From NCBI GenBank assembly GCA_003971905.1, contig RSEE01000104.1:1-64000 (forward strand): a DNA stretch of 64,000 nucleotides, in the 5' to 3' direction. The notes under the pieces were generated by a model. It was given only the letters and a program-made list of their open reading frames with translations. It searched no databases and was not told where the DNA came from. Every line of letters starts with the position of its first letter. Position 1 is the first letter of the stretch. The position numbers were made by a program, and so were the translations under genes. This DNA is from Moniliella sp. 'wahieum' (taxonomy: Eukaryota). Of the stretch, positions 34,143 to 46,886 are shown piece by piece.

Positions 34143-37100
34143 GACCCTCTACCGTTTGATACAAGCCTTACCGAGTCCATGAACAGTCGAGCCCTATCTC
34201 CCTGTCAGTTCCCCACACTTAACTGCTTCCTTCAACTTCCTCTTTCGTGATTTCTTTCAAGATCTAATAGCCACTGTTCGGCCCCACTGGCATTGCCCTT
34301 CCTGGATTCTCTCGCAGGTCACAGCCCCGGGGCGTCTCTTATTCTCTTCTTATTACCTCCAATGTTACTCGCGCCACCCGACACATTTCTCTCTTCCATA
34401 ACGATGTAGTCTCTTCAAATTCCTCGCGAAGGAGGCGCGGGACATGGGTGGGGGTGAATTATCGTTGATGACTTCACCTTGTACGTTTTCTTCATCCCTC
34501 TTTCTTCCCAAGGCAAAGCCACCTTGTCCCTTTGTGCCTTGAATCCCCGTGAGCAATGTCAGCACCTGATCGGCACCTCCAGGTGGTCCGATTTGACAAT
34601 GCTCCCACGTTAATGTTCGAAAGATGAAGTTTCACAACGAAAAAGGCATTGTCACCGAAACCAACAATCCTGGTGAAAGTGCATCCAATTGATATATCGT
34701 AGAAAGGGAGATTTCGCTTCATCATGGATGGTGAGTCGTACTCCACTTGCACCTATAATTGTCGCCTCGATCCGGAGGAATGGCTGGCAACATGCCCTTC
34801 ATGCTCATAATTGGAGGCAACAACCGCTTTGTATGTCGGCCTCGCTACTACCACAGAATCTGAGCATTGAACGTCGTATTCGACTAAGAAGCTTCTGCGA
34901 CTGACTCGTCCAGAAGACTGGTGCGAGCTCGGAAGGAATGAAAACTGACTCACGTGACTCAGGGTCCGCGCGGCCCTAGGACGGATGTCAACATGGTACG
35001 CTGCCATGGTTTTCCTCCTTCTCTTGCGATGCATCATTGCGCCCTCGTATATCTTCACCGTTTTCACAGCAAGCGTGATGGCGGCAACGTTCGGCTCTCA
35101 GGTCATTCGGGCCGTGCTCATTAAGGATAACACATGCGGAAAGCCCCTGTAGTCATGAACGTTTGCGTTTCACCCTGTATATAATGGCTCCTCTGGCTTG
35201 GTATACTAAGGCTGTTGGAAATCCCCTTTCAAGTGTTGGACCACTGCAGCAGCTGTGGTGTACGCTGCCATGCATGATTTTTCACTTGGTGTTTTTGGAT
35301 GGTGGACTACTACTAAGACTCAGAACCAAGGGGTTAGGATCGCGGCTACATCCGAATCCTTGGCCATGGGTGTGACTGCCGCCAAAGCTCTTGCCCAAAA
35401 GCTTAGCGAGTCGGCGTGAGATTCGTCCAATCGATGTGTGGCATCAGAAGATGCCGGAACGCATTCGTTGGTGAACTTGAGATTCGCCACGTCCCTGGGT
35501 GAATCAGCTCCGGGAATGGTTCTTCAAACCTGTTAGTATCCTCAAGTTCTTTTTATATCAACAATTCTATTTGGTTCCATTTCTTCGACAGAGTGAACCA
35601 AATCCATCCATCCTGTCCTGTTGTCATACGGGAGGCGCTGCTTCAAAAAATTCTTCCTATACGATGTGAAGGATGGGAGCACAGAGAACAGCGGCAAAAA
35701 ATGAAGAGCGTGATGTCACATCAATGACTGGACAATGGACTCACATTCTTTCCCCAAATCTCGCGACTGCGTCAACAATTGGTAAATAGGCAGGGGAATG
35801 TGTACGTGGCCATGGAATGGAAGCAGCTGTTAAAGGTGCGGTTTGGCATACATGCTATCTATCCTCTGTCAAGAAAGCGCCATTTGCGTTACCTCGTGAC
35901 ATGAATCCGAGGTCTTCTTCATCCTAAAAAATTACAAAAAATTACGAGACGTGCGGATAGAAAACACACAGAATGTTAGGTAAGATGGATGTAACAAATA
36001 TCCCCTACCAGTTATGTGGTCTATGTGGAAGTTAGCAGTAACTGTTCCTAAAGTGGCGTACACATCCGCTTCATTGGAGGTACGCAGACATCAATAATAC
36101 TATTGAACATTCTTGGAGAATGTTTCGGTTCCGTATGTACTCTTTGTCACAACTAAACGTGAACATACATATGAGATTAGCCCCTGCATTATAAGGTCTG
36201 CTGCACAACAGCACCAAGCCAGTAATTCTCCGTCCAATTGCATCGCTCGTTTGTATCTTAAACGTTTATATTTCCCGGTCTGTACATTTCCTCAGCGTCC
36301 TTTGTTGGTTAACAAAAGTTAATGTAACTGTTGCTGTACTTTTCGGGCTCATAGCCCGTAAATCTTGTTTGCATGGGCTTCTACAGTCTTAGAAAGTGAA
36401 AAAAATGCAAAACCAAGGAACCCAAAAACTGAGTACTTGATTGGATGGTGTTTGAAATTGCATGCGATACTTTTGTATTTCCAGGCTTCTAAGCCCTGGG
36501 TACCGTTGCCAGAGTGTTCCTGCTGCTTTCCCCGGAAACGAGCTGTTTCTCAGTCCCGACCCTGTACAGTATTGTTTGTTATCCTGTCGGTAAGCAATAG
36601 AATAGGATTTCCTCGCCAATGATTCATTCGCTCCTTCTGCAACAAATCTGCCAGTGAAAATGCAACTCATCCTCCTTTGAGTTGTCTCCTCTACTCTTGG
36701 CCATTTTCCCATCCCATTAGGTGCCGGATTTAAGTTTCAATCTCGGCTTCATAGATATCTCTGCTCCCCGCTTTGAGAAGAAACCAAGTCTGGACATTGT
36801 TTTTGTCCTGAGCTATCTTTTCAACCGCTTCCCCGCGTCCGAACTGATTCCGATCCAGGACGTTACGTCGGCCCAGGCCGGTACCAGCGTAGCTCCCGAG
36901 AACAAATTCGGCCGGTGTATGTTGTGCGCTCAGGCGTCTTTCCTTGCCCCGATAGAGCCCCATTCGCATTCACCAACCCTGCGCCAGCATAAACTTCAGT
37001 GTACCAGTCGACCATTCTTGCGTAAGAGATTGTCATTGTAGAATACGCTGGTGAGAGCACACATTCACAAGACTCCTTCCACATCCATATGTTGTACTGA

Positions 37101-37941
37101 TGAATGGCATACTATACTAGTGACATGCAACCAGTGTCACCTCAGCAGCAGTGTTCTTATTTTCATCTCCGTCTCCAATTAATCTGGCATTAGAGCTGTA
37201 CAATAATACCGTGGTGTGTTTGTTTGCCTCTGGCCCTAGGCAAATGTGTGGTCTTAGTGTAAAGGACCGTGACGCGGATATGGCATGTTCGATCATAGTA
37301 TGAACATGCACGAGTGGGCACGACAGCGAGAGTACATGTGACTGGGGGTAAGGAACTCCGCCCCTCAGCCCTTAAGGGTCACTGCGGGCTGGCTCGCCTG
37401 AACAACACGTCCACTCCGCTTCTCCTCAACGAAGCATGCTTCATTATCTGTGGGCAACCAAGATCGAGTCCCTTCGTACGACTGAAGAGAGATCTAAGGG
37501 TGAGCTTTGAGTCCGTACTAAGTTGATTCTACCTCAGATATTTGGTTTTTGGTCTTAACGCAAGTGGGCTGTACGCTAAGCCACTGGATTTGGGCCGCTG
37601 TTTTCTGATCAAGACGTGAGGGTTTCGTTCGTTTGATTATTCTCCCCTCATGCCGTTTATGTTCCTGTTGAGGGCGCAGGACTTGTCCATTAGTTTGGCA
37701 TTTTCGGCCTTGGTTGTTCCAAATTTTATCGGAACCTTTCCCTGCTTGATCTGTGCTTCTTTGAGAGCCATTCTCATTCATTCCTTCTTCTTACGATTGT
37801 ATGTTGCGTCCTTAGGGTTGCTGTCTGTATAGCCTTTCTTCTACGTTCTTCGCTAGCAACCCATTTGCAACAACATCTCCTACGAATCCATCCTTGACCC
37901 ATCAGAGAAAACCCTCATTTTGCTCTCTCGCTCATGGGCAG

Positions 37942-38095
37942 TGTCACTAACCTGCGTGAGCGCGACCACCTCTTGGTCCTCCCGAATCCCTCCGTTCAGT
38001 CAACCTTTCCCGTCGATCTCCCTCCACCCTTCGGTCCAATCTGGACAGATCCCGCGTGATCCTACACAAGTGTTGAGTTTTTTTTTTTCGTGACA
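37942..38095. mobile_element. Possible short solo LTR
   Basis: Bounded by TGTCAC...GTGACA inverted ends. No TSD. Confidence 0.3.
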
Positions 38096-40320
38096 AGGCC
38101 TGTCCGACCCTGGGTTTTGTTTGCAACAACCTTCCGGCGAACCTTTCTACGTTCTGCACCTTCAAACTGTTAGTCTGCTCGTTCCAGCACATACGCAACC
38201 TTGGTCACTCAAGCCTCCCCTTAATTGAGAGGCTTCACATCTCCAGCTCCGTTCGAATCAGCTACTAGCGTCCACACTCGATAAACCGTGATCCGACAAG
38301 GGAATGCAGCCCTCTAAACCGCAGGTTGGGCTGCAGTTCGTGACCTACCCGGACAATAGAGGAGAGCGTCATCATGGTTGTGCTGGCTCATACCACTACA
38401 TATATGCGGGAGCAACGAAGTTGGCATGACCCGTTTGTATGCGCCAATGGTAGCAAGGCCTCAATCTACACCAAGAGAGGCTGCGAGATAAAGGTCCTCT
38501 TCATGAGCCAGTGGGCACCATGACGCTTTGGGGCTATCCTAAACCTCCTGCCCTCCCCCCCCCCCCCCCCCACCTGTCCACTCCGATGCCTACTAGGTTT
38601 TGGAAGGGAGTCAGCACTTCTGAGTTTTTGAGAACAACCGTCAGGGCAGTGTCTTTGATTGATGGGGATGTGCTGACATAGGGAAGAGTGGCACCGGTAG
38701 CCCAAGCCTGGTCCCCTTCGGTGCATCCCTTCTGTTACTTCTTCATAGAGGGTAACAATACTCTCTAACCTGTGTAATAGCCATGCTATGTGCAAATGCA
38801 ATCACCTAATGCCATCCAGAATTCTGTTGATCCTCGAATTTTACCAGTCCTGAGGGCTTTGGTCAAGAGATATACTCACGGGTTCTCCCTTCCGTGATAA
38901 GCAGGCTTTTGAATAGGATGGACAGCGCGAATGCCGTTCATCCTGCCATAGCGCCATTACTGGTAGATGGCACCGTTTCACAGATTGATGGCGGGGGTTG
39001 TTAGATGCTCTGTTTACGGACTTGGAATCAAGCTGGTCATCAGAGCTTGTACATGCTCATTGCAAAGGCGTGCACAGCGGGGTCTCGCAGTGTGGCTAGT
39101 GGAGAGGGTCTGGCTGCAAGCCAGAATAACGTTTGTTCCTCTATACGGATGGCTATCCTCTTGTTGTCCTTGGCGATCCTACACAGTTTGTACTTCCATA
39201 TGCTGGTATCCCATCAAAAATATTGCAAGAGGTGGGTTGAAGGATCAAGCAAATATGCTACTACCCGGTGCCAAGCTGTGGAAGATATAGGTGCATAGCT
39301 AATCGAAAACGCTGGTAACAAGGTTGCGGATAGATATGTGAGGACTACGTACAAAATTCAAGGTGAGCAAGGCCCACAAGATTGTGCAAGAAATTTCGAT
39401 TAGCCATGTGTACCATCGCTCAGGATTGTATAGCAGATTCTTCGACGGCCACTCTCGCGCCCAAAGGGAATCTGGAGCGATGCTCAGAACACACCACGCT
39501 AGACGCGGAACCCGGCGCTCGAGTCCAATGAGGTTATATGATGGAGTGCGTCTTATTGGCCGAGGCAACCAATGTTCGTGTGTCGAGGCCCGGGGGATGG
39601 GTAAAAGGCTGTTACTTCTTCAAGGACGGGCTCCCCCCTCAGGGGGTCAGCTTGGGCGGGCGGTGGGAAGAATGTGAGAGGTGGCATGTTGGCGAGGCGA
39701 CGTGCACGGAGCGTTACTGGTCCAAGGGTATATGCGCTGGAGGGGGAACGTGGCAGCACGACGGCGCGTAAGCCAGTTGAAAGGGAAAGACCATGTATAT
39801 TCATTGCTGTCCCGTTTGGACCATGGGCCCGCCGGCGAGGATGGGATACCTGCCCTGGAAGAAGGACGGGGGGATCCAGGAGGCGGCTGGCCCTCTGATC
39901 GCGTTGGCCAACAGCCATGCTTTTTGCCAAGTGATGAACACCTTCATGGGGTGTCGACACTGCGGGGGAGTGGGGGGGGAGGTGACAGAAGGACCGATAC
40001 CCACTATCTTCTCCTACAGCGACTATGGCGGCTGTGGCGAAAGTCCCACGGCGCGCGCGCACGCCACGCGCGACGGCGAATGAGGTCCAAGAAGAATGGG
40101 AGCTGGCCGCCTGCTGGTGGGCAGCGAAGGAGACAGGAGAGCGTCTGGCTGCCTGGCCGCATGGCCACATGGCATCGCGGGGGATGAATGCACACGACTG
40201 CCCGTCCCCAAAGGAGGAGAAAAAGGGACGAGACCACGAAGCGAAGCGAGGGGGCACTGCGGCACCCAGCGCACCGACGCGGGGGGCGCGAGAAGGAGGA
40301 GGGGAAGGGCGGGGGGGCTG

Positions 40321-43300
40321 TCAGGCGTCGACAGGCGGCAGAGGATGGTGGTGCGAGCGCCCACAGGTGAGATGGGCGGCAAGTCGGCTGGGTCGCCGGC
40401 GGCCAAGCGGCGGTGCGCGTGCACGTGCCCACAGACGCGTTTGCTCGACGCGTGTGCGTCGGCGCGGGCGGGTGAGCATCCTTGGTTTCTCGCCGTACAG
40501 CAGCTCGTAGTCGAACCACAGGCAGATCCACTCGTCGGGGAACAAGGCGGAGGCCGTGGTGGGGTGGTCCAAGCAGCCCGGCGGATTCCATCTTCTCCTG
40601 TGGCAGCGGCCAATGACGCTGGTCCCTCGCGCTCACACCGCCGCGGTCGGTCGAGGCGGGGCGGAGGGGCCGGCGGCGGCGGCGGCGGCGGCTGCAGCTG
40701 CCTTCTTGCGCCGGACAGCTTTGGTCTTCTTCTTGCCCAGTCCGGCGCGCAACGGCGAGTCGGGTGGAAGAAGGCTGACGACGTCCGACACGGACAACTC
40801 CTCGTTCTCGATCATGGCCAGACCATCGGTTTCCAGGCGGCGGGGTGAGCACTTGGCATGCGTCCAGCAACTCCTTGGTGGTCGGAGTGCGGTCCTGGGG
40901 CAACAGCTTTTGCGCCGCCGGGAGCTTGAGGAAGGCCTGGATGCCCGGCCCGGCCGGGCCAGGTCGGCCATGTCGATGCCGGGGGGAAGAAGGGGGTGGG
41001 GTCCCTGGCACGGCTGCGGCTTGGTCGCGGCTGTGGCGCTCTCGCTCTGTTCGGGTTCTTTTTCTGGTTCATTGGCCAATTCCAAGGACGCGATGGCCGA
41101 AGGGCTCATGTCCAGATTTCCCACCGAAGGGGGCTGTCCTCAATCATGAGCATGATGCGCGCCAGGGTGAACATCTTGAGCCGATGGGTCTGTTTTATCA
41201 CATCCTCCACTCTGTCATCTCCGCCGTGTCGCGAAGGAGTTTGTGCATGGCCACCACTGGGTCGCGGCCTTCGTCGCGGAGCTGGCGAAAGGTGGCCATC
41301 CAGTCGCCGAATTGCGTCTGGAACAACTGGTGGGCGGTGAGGAAGAGCTTCTATAGATTTCCCGCATGGGCAGGGGCCACTGGAACGGCGTCGGGACTTG
41401 GAGTCGGGGTGGTCGGGGTGGTGGGGGGGGGTCGGAGTTGGAGATAGCGGTGGGGTTGGGGCTGGGTTTGGGTCTGGGTTTGGGCCTGGGGAGGGGGTTG
41501 GACGGGGTTTGATGCGGAGCTTGGATTTGGAACTTGGACTTGGAAGACTTGGGCTTGGATGGATGTAGATGTCTTTTCTCCGGCTCGTCTGAGCCGATAG
41601 AGAGATAGTCGGACGGGGGGAACAGGGTCGTAATCACATCCCCCGCATCCATCGGGGTGCGAGCGATCAGGGCGAGCGTCTCGTCCGACTCGGCGTGGTC
41701 AAACATCTGCCGTGCTTTCAGCGTGCAACTGCGGTGCCGGGCCATGCTCTCGACCAGCGTGTCTCCGTAGAGGGTCGAAGATTCCCTTGGCTCGTTGGCA
41801 AGCAAGGTGCTGGGAGACGGTGCACGTGCCGAACTGTGTGCCCGTGGCGAAGGAGGCTGGTCCGAGGCGGAAGGTTCATCGGCTACGACTGGGGGTTCCT
41901 GTAGCGAAACCGCCTCATCCCACGCCTTGGCCATCTCGATCGGCAGTGCCTCGGGCCTCGCAGGGACGGACCGAGCGGGGGTGCGAGCAGGCGGGCCGCT
42001 GCTCGTGCCCGGTGCGGCTGCCGGCGGGGCAGAGGGAACGACAGAGTCGCCAGGGGAGGAAGGGGGATGGAGGGTGTGAAGCGCGGCCAGGTTGGCCAGC
42101 AAGGCAGGGGAGACAGCCTGTTGCGCCACTGTGATTCCGTCAAGAAGGTCCTGGATGAGCAATTCGGGGCGGGAGGAGGTGTGGCTGCGCTGGCTGGCCT
42201 GGGCCAGCTGTTCTCCCCGCGTGCGAGCGAGGGCAGACTTTGTTCCAAGGTACGGCCGAGTTGGGCCAGGGCCGGGCCGAGGCCTTGGTCGGGCCAGGTG
42301 GTGTCGGAGGCCAGGACGGGCGGGATGGTGAGGCTGGTGGGGATTGGGAGGGGAGGGTGATGCCGGGACGCGGCAGGCTGGGTGGGGGGACAAAGATAGA
42401 CTGCGACGGCGGGCCTGGTACTGCTCCTGGTTGCGGCGAGAAGGGGAAGGTGGAGGACGAGACGAGTGCAAGGGCAAGGACACAGCGGAGACGAGCGCGT
42501 TCCGAGCGGGGGTGGGGGCGGCGGGGGCGAGCCATGTAAGCGAAGGGGGCGAAGAAGAAGGGCTGGGAGCGGCAGCTGGGAGCGGAGGAAACGAAGGGAG
42601 CGTCACCCCCACCGGGGGCCAGCGGAACGAGGACGGCGGTGGCGCTGCGCTCGCCGCCGTCGGCGATGGAGGCGACACGGCCGGCGGGGGGCTGTGCGCC
42701 GGGTCCAGCTCACCTTCGCGCTCCATCTCGGCAGGAGGGGGTCGGGCTTCTTGCCGGCGACGCGGGCGCGCAGTTGGGCGAGGGTGGGTCGGCGGGGCGC
42801 CCTTCTGGGTCTTGGTGGCGAGCGCATGCGCCTTGGCCTTCTCGGCCTTGGACGCCTTTTTCTTCTTGGCGCCGACTCCCGTCGGCGGCAGCGGCAGGCG
42901 GGGGCCCGTCAGGCCCGGCAGACGTACCAACCTGGGGTCGGGCCAGGTGCTGCCGTCGTCGCGAGGAGGGATGGTCACCTCGACAACGGCGCTTCCGCCC
43001 GCGTCGGGAGCGTGAGGAGGAGGCTCGTGGACATGGATGTGGATGCGTGGCAGCTCCAGCTGTGTGGCTGCCGCGCTCGACGGTCGAGACGGCGTGCGCC
43101 GACCAGGCACGACCTGGGCCAGGGGCGTCTCGTCGGTCGATGGCTGTGCCTCATTGTCGCGGATCCAGAGCCGGTACTGGCGTTGATCGTAGTACTGCTG
43201 TGCCAGGCGGCGGAAGGTCCACGGTGTGCGCATCGGACGGTCCCCGCCGGGCCCACCGCGAGCCCTACGATACGGCGGGAACGGGTAGGTCCACGTCTCG

Positions 43301-44480
43301 GACGGGCGGGCAGAGGAGCAAGCGCAATCGCCGTCGTGATGGGAGCGACTCTGTGGCGGGATGCCACGCACGCCCTCGGTGCTGCCCGTGGCATTGAGCA
43401 TGCCGCACCAGTGGCGCGAATCGATGTCTTCGCCCCGGCGGGAGCGGAGGGACTTGCGTTTCTTGTGGTTGCCACCGCTGCGATCGCCGTCCGAGGCGTA
43501 CTCGTCGCTGGACGTCTCGCTCGCGCTTGCGCTTGCGCTTTCCCGGGGATCGGTTTCGTGTGGGCGCGAGTGGTCAGGGAGCACCGCCGCGGTCTCTTGC
43601 TCGGGCGGATCGACATAGAAATAGCCGTCTGGCCCCGGCTGGTGCGGCGGTAGCGCTGCGCCCCTCGCCTCTTGGTTGGTTGAGATGGGGTACGAAGGGA
43701 AAGAGCGACAAGCGGGCGGCGACGTGCGGGTCGACCCATGTGGACGGGTCCTCATCCTCTTTGGTCAGGCCGGCAGAGGCAACGGGAGATAATGGCTGGA
43801 AATCGTCGCCGTCGTCATCGTCGTCGCCTTCCTCGTCTTCGTCCCCTCGTCCTCATCCTCCTCTGCACCCAGAGAGGTAAAAGTGTCGGAAGCCCGGATC
43901 AAGCCCCGTATCCGCTCGGCCACATCGATGTTCGGATTGGCGAGAGGAGGATCAGGGGCGGGGGGAGAGATGCACTGGACGGAGGGGCGACGGAGGCAGG
44001 GAGGAAAGCGACGACCTGTTTCTGGGAAGCCTCGACGGCGGAGCGCAGATCGGCGAGGGAAGCGAGCTGGGCGGAGGATACGTGTCCGGCGTGGTGAAGT
44101 GCGAGCGCCTGGGCCGTACGCTGGGCTGCGGCCAGCAACGCTGCCTGGGTAGCGTGGAGCTTGCTCAACAGCTGGGGCACGGCCGGTGGCGCGCCTGGCT
44201 GCCTCCGCAGCGATGGGCGTCGAGGGGCGTGCGTGCGCAGATGGCGAGGAGGGCGTGGGCATTGGTAGCGGCCCTGGTGACGGGGCTGCCAAGGAGGAAG
44301 GCGCCGACTCGGACGCGGCCGCCTGGGCGCTGCGATGGGGGTGGGGGTGGCCATCGCGGGAGACACGGTGGGGCAGGCGCTGGGGACGGCGTCAGCGGTG
44401 GGCTTGTTCGTTCCATGCACACACAACACCACAGGAGACGGCGCACTCACCTTGATGCGGCGCGGAGGCGACGACAGCAT
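40321..44480 (-). CDS. Large Pro/Ser-rich fungal protein with an Ibd2-like C-terminal motif (frameshifted; 3' end approximate)
   Basis: ATG at 44480, then an intron GTGAGT (44450)...GCTGAC...CCCCAG (44380). It includes the 846-aa ORF 41215-43755. C-terminal LFPDEWICLWFDYELLYGEKP resembles the WICxFCEYxxxxGxxP motif. Confidence 0.6.
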
Positions 44481-44814
44481 CGCCCTCGTCGCTTGCCCGG
44501 GGGGGGGATGGGGATGGGGGGGCTGGGATGGAGGTCGGGATGAGGATGAAGATGAAGACGAAGATGGAGATGAAGATGAAGACGAAGATGGAGATGGAGA
44601 CGAAGATGGGGATGGAGATGAAGATGGATAGGCTGGTGTTGGTGGCTGTTGCAATCGAGAGTGGTTGGACGTTGGCCCCGCCAGCCGCTTTCCGCCGCTG
44701 TATTTTTTTTCTGCCAATGCGCCGTTCCGCACTGCTGCGTCCGTCGACCGAGTGTGTCGCAGCAGCTCCGGTATTGGCCCCACTACCAAGGGTGCTTTGT
44801 TTCGCTTTCGCTGC

Positions 44815-45626
44815 CTACGCCCGCACATATGTATGGTACTCTCGACGCAGAGCTCGCTGCCTCCAGTACCCAGATGGCCAGCCAGGTTGGCGTGGGTTCG
44901 CAGGATCGGATCCATCATTAAGCAACAATCCACAGACGGGGGGGGGGGGGCAAGAAGGAGTGGTTCCCTGTTTCCAACTACAGCTGGGCGTGACTCGGGC
45001 CTGGGCCTGGACTGCCTTCTTCTGCTCGACGGCGGGCTTTTCAAAGACCCAGTCGTTGAACGGGTGGCGGTTGCGTACAATCTCAACAATGTAAAACTGC
45101 ACCTTGGGCACAAAGATGGTGTTGGTCTATGTGTACTCATCGCTGCTGTCCACGCACAGGAGGGAGGCGAGGTTAAAGTCGGCCACGGCCAGGAAGGAAA
45201 CAGGCAAAGAAGCGAACACAAGATGCGGGAGGAGGGGAAGAGGGGTCAATCCCACCTTCATCGCATCCCCATCAATCGCAGTTCGAACAGCCACGGCTCC
45301 ACGGCTGCCGGGGCACCGCTGCTACAGACAGCGGGCGGACAGAGACCGAGAGACCTGCCCTTCTTTTTGTACTGAATCATCCACGGGCACCAGCGGGGTT
45401 TGTTCTGGTTAGAGAAAGGGCAAGGCCCGGCAGAGCACAGGGAGAGAGCGTCAGTAGGCAGCGATAGAAGGCGTACGTACTTGTGCTGCCCGTCGTTGAT
45501 CTTGACGAGCAGGCCGTAGTACGTCTGGGCCTGCTCCACCTCCACCGTCTGGACGGCCATCTGCAACTCGAATGCCTCGGCGTTCTGGACGGTGTCTGGG
45601 TGCATGTTGGCGATGGAGGCGGGCAT
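44815..45626 (-). pseudogene. PBDC1: PBDC1/Ypl225w (Chp1)-like gene, disabled
   Basis: NAEAFELQMAVQTVE..QAQTYYGLL; IDGDAMK; VADFNLASLL.VDSSDEYT*TNTIFVPKVQFYIVEIVRNRHPFNDW. There is an in-frame TAG at 45127-45129, and a splice acceptor plus exon segment is missing. Confidence 0.8.
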
Positions 45627-45918
45627 GGGGGGGCGTGGGCAGTGTGCTCGAGGGGGCTGTCAGGTGGGCACCTTATAATCCAGCGAGCGGGCTCTGAGAT
45701 CTGATGTGATGCGGGCGGAGCCTATGGCCCAAGGGAAAACCCTACGACAGGCGCTAGGGTTGGAGCGCCACGTGCTCTGTGCGACGCTGCTCCACCGGGG
45801 CAGGGGGATGGGGAAGGTGATGGGAATGGTGATGAGGGGGAAGGTGATGGGGACGGGGCTGGAGATGGGGATGGAGATGGGCTTCTGCTGCTCCGTCTCC
45901 GCTTCCATCGTCCCCCGC

Positions 45919-46886
45919 ATGGCCGCTGCAACACCTCCTCCTCCTGGCTGGCAGCTGGCGCTGCAGCAGCTCACCCACCGCATCCCCTCCGTCCTCCGCA
46001 CGCCCGCCGAGGCGATTGTGGGCGAGGTGCGTGTCTTCCCCCCCGCGCTCTCCCCCACGGCACTCACGCCTCTCCCCCTCTCCGCAGGAATGCTACACGA
46101 CGCTGATCTACGATGCGGAGCTGACGGACGTGCCGTGCGTGCGGCTGGCGCTGTCCAAGGGTCTCGGTCTGGGCATCGTCGTGTTTGGCTCGGTGATGAA
46201 GGTGCCGCAGATGCTCACCATCCTCCGTGCCCACTCGGCGCAGGGGATCAGTTTGGGCGGGTACGTATTGGAGGTGCTGTCGTACAGCATCAGTTTGGCC
46301 TATGCCGTGCGTAAGCAGTTGCCCTTTAGCACCTATGGCGAGAATGCGAGTTTGACCGTGCAGAGTACGTGTTTCTTCCGGCTGGTCTCTGCGTTTGCGC
46401 ATGGCTGCACTGAGCCTCAGCGCTGACCTTACTGACCGGCCACTCATCGGCGGCGCGGGTGCAGATATGATCATCCTGATGCTGCTGCTGGCGTATGGCT
46501 CAAGGGCGGAGGCTAAGGTACGTGGGCAGCGTATGGTGCTTGCGGCCGGGATGCTGTGCTGTGCTCACGCTGTTCCTCTACACGCCCATGCTGTGTTCGG
46601 GGGCAGTGCTTGGGCTTCTGCAAGCAGCGACGATTCCACTCTCGTTGTTGTCCAAGGTGCCGCAGATAATTGAGTTGCAGCGGCGCAAAGCGCCGGGCCA
46701 GCTGAGTGCGATTGTGGTGTTGCCCAGTTTGCCGGCACATTGGCCCGCATCTTACCAGTCTCACCGAGACGGACGGACGATCGGCTGCTGCTGTGGGGCT
46801 TTGGGCTGAGCGCATGTTTCAATGCGGTCGTGCTCACGCAGCTGCTGGTCTACTGGAATGGCAACGAGAAGGCCAAGAAGGAGTAG
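45919..46886 (+). CDS. MPDU1: Mannose-P-dolichol utilization defect 1 (PQ-loop) protein
   Basis: LSKGLGLGIVVFGSVMKVPQM; LAYAVRKQLPFSTYGEN; second PQ motif LSKVPQII...GQLSAI; LTQLLVYWN. Introns at ~46027-46087 and ~46366-46464. Confidence 0.92.

Noticed and set aside
45127..45129. Stop-codon reassignment or editing of TAG
   Set aside because: It is a single case in a gene with other lesions, and TAG terminates MPDU1, TLS1 and the ADF-H/PH gene normally.
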